Assembly: GCA_016182485.1 (NCBI GenBank)
Contig: JACPGH010000006.1
Coordinates: 90,461-154,460 of the forward strand
Source of the DNA: Candidatus Kaiserbacteria bacterium
Lineage (GTDB): Bacteria > Patescibacteriota > Minisyncoccia > Phycocordibacterales > Phycocordibacteraceae
DNA length: 64,000 nt
Direction: 5' to 3'
This document shows, one piece after another, positions 59,062-64,000 of this stretch. The notes beneath the pieces were generated by a model. That model was given only the letters and a program-made list of their open reading frames with translations. It ran no database searches and had not been told where the DNA came from. How positions within the stretch are numbered: the first letter of the stretch is position 1; every line of letters starts with the position of its first letter. The position numbers and the translations under genes are program-made.

Positions 59062-61080
59062 ATGCCGACAGGCAAGACGTACGAGGGCCCTATCACGATA
59101 ACCCGCAGCGGGATAGGATTTTTCCCGTTGTCGGGCGGGACTAGCCGGGATAAGAGTACGGATCTTATTATCCCGGCGGAGTGGACTGGGCATGCTCTCT
59201 CTGGCGATATCGTGAAGATCGTCCCAGCAGGTACCTACCGCGATCCAGCCGGACGAATGCCTCCGCGCGCGGCCGGAAAGGTCGCAGAGATCGTTTCGCG
59301 CGCCCGCGAAACGTTTGTGGGCACGCTCATTGAGCAGGAAGGAGCGGTATTGCTTTCCCCGGATTACAAAAAAATGCACCTGCCGATCGAGGTGCGTCCC
59401 TCGCAAAAGCTCGGGACGATCGGCGATGCGCCGATCGGATACAAAGTGCTCGTGCGGATGAGGGGCTGGGACGCAAATGCGCCCTACCCTTGGGGCGTGG
59501 TCGAAGAAGTAATCGGCAAGGCAGGCGTACACGAGACCGAAATGCGGGCCCTCGCGCTCGGGCAAGGGTTTTCGTCTGACTTCCCTCCCGGCGTTCTCGC
59601 GGATGTCAAATATCTTGAAGAGCACGGGCGCGCGATACTGGAAAAAGAAGCGCAAAATTCGAAACGCCGTGATTTCAGGGATATTCCCACTTGCACTATC
59701 GACCCGTTCGATGCGAAGGATTTCGACGACGCGCTCTCCGTGCGCCCGCTCGCGGGCGGGAATATCGAGGTGGGCATCCATATCGCGGATGTCTCCTTTT
59801 TCGTTACTCCCGAAAGCGCGCTCGACAAGGAAGCTCGCGAGCGGGCGACCTCAGTCTACCTGGTCGACCGTACCATTCCGATGCTTCCGGAAGTGCTGTC
59901 GAATGATCTATGTTCGCTAAAGCCGAACGAAGACCGCCTCGCCGTCTCTGCGGTGTTCACCCTCGACGCCGAGGCTCACATCGTAGAAAGCTGGTTCGGC
60001 GAGACGGTTATACATTCGAACAAGCGCTTCACGTACGAGGAAGCGCAGGAAGTTCTCGATCGCGGGGACGGTACGATGCATAGAGAGCTGTCGCTCCTGC
60101 TCGCTCTCTCGAAGAAAATCCGCGCGAAGCGCCAGGCCAAAGGCGCGATCGAATTCGATACCGCCGAGGTGAAAGTGGAGCTCGATGCCGACGGCCGGCC
60201 GATAGCGATCCGTCTCAAGGAACGGAAAGCGACGAACCTCTTGATCGAGGATTTCATGCTGTTGGCTAACGAAGCTGTAGCGAAGCATCTGGCCGCGCTG
60301 ACCGAAAACGGCGGCCCGCACTTCTATTCGCTCTATCGCATCCACGACGCGCCGGACGCCGATCGCATCGAAAATCTTTCCCACCTTCTGCGAATCATGG
60401 GCTACCAGCTGAAAACAGCCGGGGGGAAAGTTTCGGGAGCCGAGCTGAACAGACTGCTCGAGTCGGTGAAGGGCAAGCCCGAAGAATACCTCGTCAAGAC
60501 GGCAACGCTGCGCTCAATGAGCAAAGCAGTATACGCGACGCAGAATATCGGTCACTTCGGGCTCGCCTTCGATTTCTACACGCACTTCACCTCTCCGATC
60601 CGCCGCTATCCCGATCTGGTCATACACCGCCTGCTCAAAGCGCACGCGGGCCTTCGCCTCGCCGGAGCGGGCTTCGGCCACGCGCAGGCGGGCGGCGCGC
60701 CGATCTCGGAAGAAGAAATGCGGGACTTTGACGCGCTCGCCCTGCACGCTTCCGAACGCGAAGTCGCGGCGGCGGAGGCGGAGCGCGATTCTATAAAGAT
60801 GAAGCAGGTAGAGTTTCTCGCCGGGCGCATCGGCGAGGAATTTGACGCAGTTATTTCCGGCGTCACCGACCGGGGTTTGTATGTGGAAGAGAAAGAAACG
60901 CACGCCGACGGCATGATACGCATCCAAAACGTCGGAGACGATTATTTCGAATACGACGAGAAGCACTACCGACTCGTCGGCCGCCGCACGAAGAAGGCAT
61001 TTCAGCTCGGAGACCCCATCCGCGTTAAATTGATCGCCGCGCGCGTCCCTGAAAAAGAACTGGATTTCGTCCCAGTGTGA
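59062..61080 (+). CDS. rnr: Ribonuclease R
   Basis: TIDPFDAKDFDDALS, HIADVS, IEDFMLLAN, YTHFTSPIRRYPDL, S1 domain. Confidence 0.96.
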   Translation: MPTGKTYEGPITITRSGIGFFPLSGGTSRDKSTDLIIPAEWTGHALSGDIVKIVPAGTYRDPAGRMPPRAAGKVAEIVSRARETFVGTLIEQEGAVLLSPDYKKMHLPIEVRPSQKLGTIGDAPIGYKVLVRMRGWDANAPYPWGVVEEVIGKAGVHETEMRALALGQGFSSDFPPGVLADVKYLEEHGRAILEKEAQNSKRRDFRDIPTCTIDPFDAKDFDDALSVRPLAGGNIEVGIHIADVSFFVTPESALDKEARERATSVYLVDRTIPMLPEVLSNDLCSLKPNEDRLAVSAVFTLDAEAHIVESWFGETVIHSNKRFTYEEAQEVLDRGDGTMHRELSLLLALSKKIRAKRQAKGAIEFDTAEVKVELDADGRPIAIRLKERKATNLLIEDFMLLANEAVAKHLAALTENGGPHFYSLYRIHDAPDADRIENLSHLLRIMGYQLKTAGGKVSGAELNRLLESVKGKPEEYLVKTATLRSMSKAVYATQNIGHFGLAFDFYTHFTSPIRRYPDLVIHRLLKAHAGLRLAGAGFGHAQAGGAPISEEEMRDFDALALHASEREVAAAEAERDSIKMKQVEFLAGRIGEEFDAVISGVTDRGLYVEEKETHADGMIRIQNVGDDYFEYDEKHYRLVGRRTKKAFQLGDPIRVKLIAARVPEKELDFVPV

Positions 61081-61155
61081 AGGTCTGACCTTCACACGCA
61101 TTTTATCCTTATAAATGCTCAAAAACAGCCTGTGAAGGTCTGACCTTCACAGGCT
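61075..61155. repeat. REP-like palindrome doublet 4
   Basis: Cores at 61077-61095 (supplies the rnr TGA stop) and 61132-61150. Confidence 0.95.
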
Positions 61156-61171
61156 CGTCGGTCGTTTGAAA

Positions 61172-63382
61172 TCATTTCGCCACCGCGACCGCTTCGTCGA
61201 ATTTGACGGATAATAACTTGCTGACGCCGTCGTTGCCCATCGTTACGCCGTAGAGGATATTCGTGCGGCTCATGGTCTCGCGGTTGTGCGTAATGACGAT
61301 AAGCTGCGATTTCCTCGCTAAGTTTTCGATCATGTCGCCGTAGCGGCGGCTATTCGCTTCGTCGAGTGCCGCGTCGGTCTCGTCGAGTATGAGGAACGGG
61401 GGCGGGTTCACCTGGCTCATCGCGAATATGAGAGCGATGGAGGTAAGCGCGCGCTCTCCGCCGGAGAGTTGCATTAGCGAGCGTATCTTCTTTTTAGGAA
61501 GGTTCACTGCTATCTCGATGCCCGGCCTAATTTTTTCTACTTCCATTCCCTCGTCGTATGGCTCCTCGGGATCTCCGCCTTCGGCTTCGACTTCCGGTTC
61601 TTCGAGCGCGAGCCGCGCACCGCCTCCGCCGAACATGAGCGCGAAGTATTCGCTGAACGAAGCGTTCACTTTTGAGAGGCCTTCGGAGAAGTGCTTCGTT
61701 AGCTCCGTATCCAAGTCGTCGATCAACGCCTTCAGCGCGGCCGCCGACCGAGACAAGTCCTCTAGTTCGCGCGCAAGGAACGTCTCGCGCGCAGAGACTT
61801 CTTTGTGCTCTTGGCGAATTTCTTCCCCAGTGCCGCCCGCCTCTTCAAGGCGTATCTTCAAGCGCTCGAGCGACTTCTTACGCTCTTCCTGCACCTTCCG
61901 CTCTTCAGGCGGCAGCTCCGCAACCGGCCTATACGAGACTGCTGCCGGACCGGCGAGGGCGAGTACCTCCGCCTTATCTCGTTCGAGCGTTTCGGACAGC
62001 ATAGAAAATTCGAACTCGCGTGCCTCTGCGCGCGCAATTTCTGTTTCTTCACGCGCCTTCGCTTGCGCCGAATCGAGGATCCGGCGCCGTACCTCGCGAT
62101 CGGTTTCCTCAACGGCAACCATTGCGTCTCGCACCCGCGCGCGCGCCGCTTCCGCCCTTTCGAGCGATTCGGAGATCTCCGTATATTTATTATTGAGCGA
62201 ATCGCGTTCCGCTTCGAGCTTAAGCGCCGATTCTTCTTCGTCCGAAAAGACATCGCTCTGCGAAGCGCCGTGCCGCAGGAAGAACGACTTGATGGCCGTC
62301 CGCACAGCCTCTAGTGCGGCACCAATGCTTTCAACCGTCATGCCGGCGCGTTCTGCCTGCCGCTCGCTCTCGTCGCGAAGCGCGACGATCTCTTCACGCG
62401 GCACCTTTGCATATGGCTCGCGGGCAATAGCCTGCGCGCGGCGCTTTACTTCGACGAGGGCGCCTTCCACGCGCCCCATCTCCCGAGAAAGTGCCGCGCG
62501 TTCGCTCGACAGCACGGATACGTCGCTTTCCGCTTTGCGCAGCGCTTCCGCGCGTTCGATGGTTTCTTTATCCGCGAGCTTAGGGTCGGCAACCCGGTCC
62601 AGTTCGGCGCTTACGATCGCGAGCCGTTCGGAAGCGCCGCGCTTCTCGAACTGCGTTTGCTCCTTTCCCTTGGACAGGAACGCATCTTCTATCGCGAAAT
62701 ATGTCTGGCAAAGGGCGGCGAGGTCGGCGCGGAGCGCGTCCGTGCGCTCGAGCTTCTTTACCTGACTCTCGAGAAACCGCAAATGCGGCGCGAGCTCGCG
62801 ACGGAGCGACTCCACTTGGGCGATATTCGCATCAGTCTTCTCCAGCTTTTTTTCGGCCTCTTGCTTCTTAAATTCATAGATCTTCAGCCCGAGCGCGTCC
62901 TCGAGCATTTCGCGGCGCTCGCGAGGCGAGGCCAAGAGAATGCGGTCCGCCTCGCCCTGCGAGATGATGTGGTGCCCGGTCTCGCCGATGTTCGCGCCGG
63001 CCAGAAGCTCCTCAATGTCGCGCAGGCGCACCTTCGAGCCGTTGATCGCGTAATCGCTCGTCCCGTCCCGGAACACAGTCCGCTCAATTGCCACTTCGTT
63101 GAAATCTATATTGAAAAAATGCCCGGAATTATCAAAAACGATAGTCACTGACCCGCGCGAAGCGCGCGGAGAGACATTCGAGCCATTCCAGATGAGGTCC
63201 TCCGCCCGCTTGCCGCGCATACTCTTCATCGACTGCTCGCCCAAGGCGAAACGGAATGCTTCGGCAACGTTCGATTTGCCTGACCCGTTCGGTCCTACGA
63301 TTGCCGTTGTCGCATTCGAAAAGTCCAAGACCGTTTTTTTGGCGAACGATTTAAATCCGACTATCTCAAGCCGCTTGAGCAT
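61172..63382 (-). CDS. smc: SMC-family ATPase, short form
   Basis: GFKSF, GPNGSGKSN, ISQG Q-loop, LSGGE, LDETDAALD, ITH. Confidence 0.92.
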   Translation of the reverse strand: MLKRLEIVGFKSFAKKTVLDFSNATTAIVGPNGSGKSNVAEAFRFALGEQSMKSMRGKRAEDLIWNGSNVSPRASRGSVTIVFDNSGHFFNIDFNEVAIERTVFRDGTSDYAINGSKVRLRDIEELLAGANIGETGHHIISQGEADRILLASPRERREMLEDALGLKIYEFKKQEAEKKLEKTDANIAQVESLRRELAPHLRFLESQVKKLERTDALRADLAALCQTYFAIEDAFLSKGKEQTQFEKRGASERLAIVSAELDRVADPKLADKETIERAEALRKAESDVSVLSSERAALSREMGRVEGALVEVKRRAQAIAREPYAKVPREEIVALRDESERQAERAGMTVESIGAALEAVRTAIKSFFLRHGASQSDVFSDEEESALKLEAERDSLNNKYTEISESLERAEAARARVRDAMVAVEETDREVRRRILDSAQAKAREETEIARAEAREFEFSMLSETLERDKAEVLALAGPAAVSYRPVAELPPEERKVQEERKKSLERLKIRLEEAGGTGEEIRQEHKEVSARETFLARELEDLSRSAAALKALIDDLDTELTKHFSEGLSKVNASFSEYFALMFGGGGARLALEEPEVEAEGGDPEEPYDEGMEVEKIRPGIEIAVNLPKKKIRSLMQLSGGERALTSIALIFAMSQVNPPPFLILDETDAALDEANSRRYGDMIENLARKSQLIVITHNRETMSRTNILYGVTMGNDGVSKLLSVKFDEAVAVAK

Positions 63383-63460
63383 TCTTTATATTGTATCAAA
63401 ACGAAACGTTCGCGACTTGCCTACAAACAGAGGACGCCGACCGGAAGACCGGTCGGCGCG

Positions 63461-64000
63461 TTACCACCCCATCTTGTCAAGCCCTGCAACTGCGGCTTTC
63501 TGCTCGGCTTCCTGCTTGCTCGCCCCCTCTCCGCGCGCGACTTCCTCGCGTCCGACAAAGAGACCGACGGTGAAAAGCTTCGCGTGATCGGGGCCTTCTT
63601 CCGACAGGGTCTCGTAATTGGGCGTGACGCCGCGCTTATCCTGCGCCATTTCTTGAAAACGGCTCTTGGCGTCCTGGTAAGCGCGCGTCGTGATCACTTC
63701 GTCAATCTTCGGAAACAGGTTCTGCACGATAAAAGCTTCGGCCGCGGCATACCCTTGATCCAAATATATCGCTCCGATGACCGCCTCAAACGCGTCTGCG
63801 AGGATGACGTCGCGCGCGCGCCCCGTATCCCGCGCTTCTCCCTTGGAGAGCAGGAGGCACTCGTTCAAGTCGAGCGCCCGGGCGCTCTCCGCGAGCGAAG
63901 ACGTATTTACGAGCGCAGCGCGGTAGCTCGTAAGCTCGCCTTCCGGCTTCGCCGGGAATTTCTTGAATAGAAAATCCGTGGCCGCGAGCTCGAGGACGGC
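63461..64000 (-). CDS. rnc: Ribonuclease III (5' end outside window)
   Basis: AVLEL...EGELTSYRAALVN, ADAFEAVIGAIYLD, dsRBD DAKSRFQE...EGPDH. Confidence 0.95.
   Translation of the reverse strand, partial: AVLELAATDFLFKKFPAKPEGELTSYRAALVNTSSLAESARALDLNECLLLSKGEARDTGRARDVILADAFEAVIGAIYLDQGYAAAEAFIVQNLFPKIDEVITTRAYQDAKSRFQEMAQDKRGVTPNYETLSEEGPDHAKLFTVGLFVGREEVARGEGASKQEAEQKAAVAGLDKMGW

Noticed and set aside
61389-62765. 458-aa + strand ORF
   Set aside because: Antisense shadow of smc, Ser/Ala/Arg-rich, no motifs

Overview
A 64-kb chromosomal segment of a fairly GC-rich bacterium using genetic code 11, most likely a Patescibacteria/CPR (Parcubacteria, Kaiserbacteria-like) organism. This is inferred from the short RpoB, ~740-aa SMC, RelA lacking the ACT domain, a stand-alone coupling-protein-like ATPase and little metabolism. 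Housekeeping genes: uvrB, tgt, dnaX, dus, serS, dprA, topA, relA/spoT, parB, prmC, hisS, rpoD, dnaG, rpoC, rpoB, trmD, khpA, rpsP, rnr, smc and partial rnc, plus tRNA-Gln(TTG), tRNA-Leu(CAA) and a disrupted Leu-type tRNA. No transposase, integrase or CRISPR array was seen. Four patterns stand out. (1) Several families of short palindromes and heptamer repeats occur both between genes and as in-frame insertions in more than ten protein genes (including uvrB, tgt, dus, dprA, topA, rpoC, trmD, rnr) and a tRNA, often with arms perfectly extended into locus-specific flanks. (2) There are four doublets of the REP-like 19-mer GTGAAGGTC(T/A)GACCTTCAC. (3) Two expression regimes coexist: core genes look leaderless (a -10 box 6-8 nt before ATG), while scattered orphan genes are self-contained promoter + Shine-Dalgarno + terminator cassettes, some decayed. 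(4) A sortase lies near a large IPFTG-bearing surface protein whose cytoplasmic tail resembles the DnaX collar domain. All assignments come from motif recognition by eye; no database searches were run.
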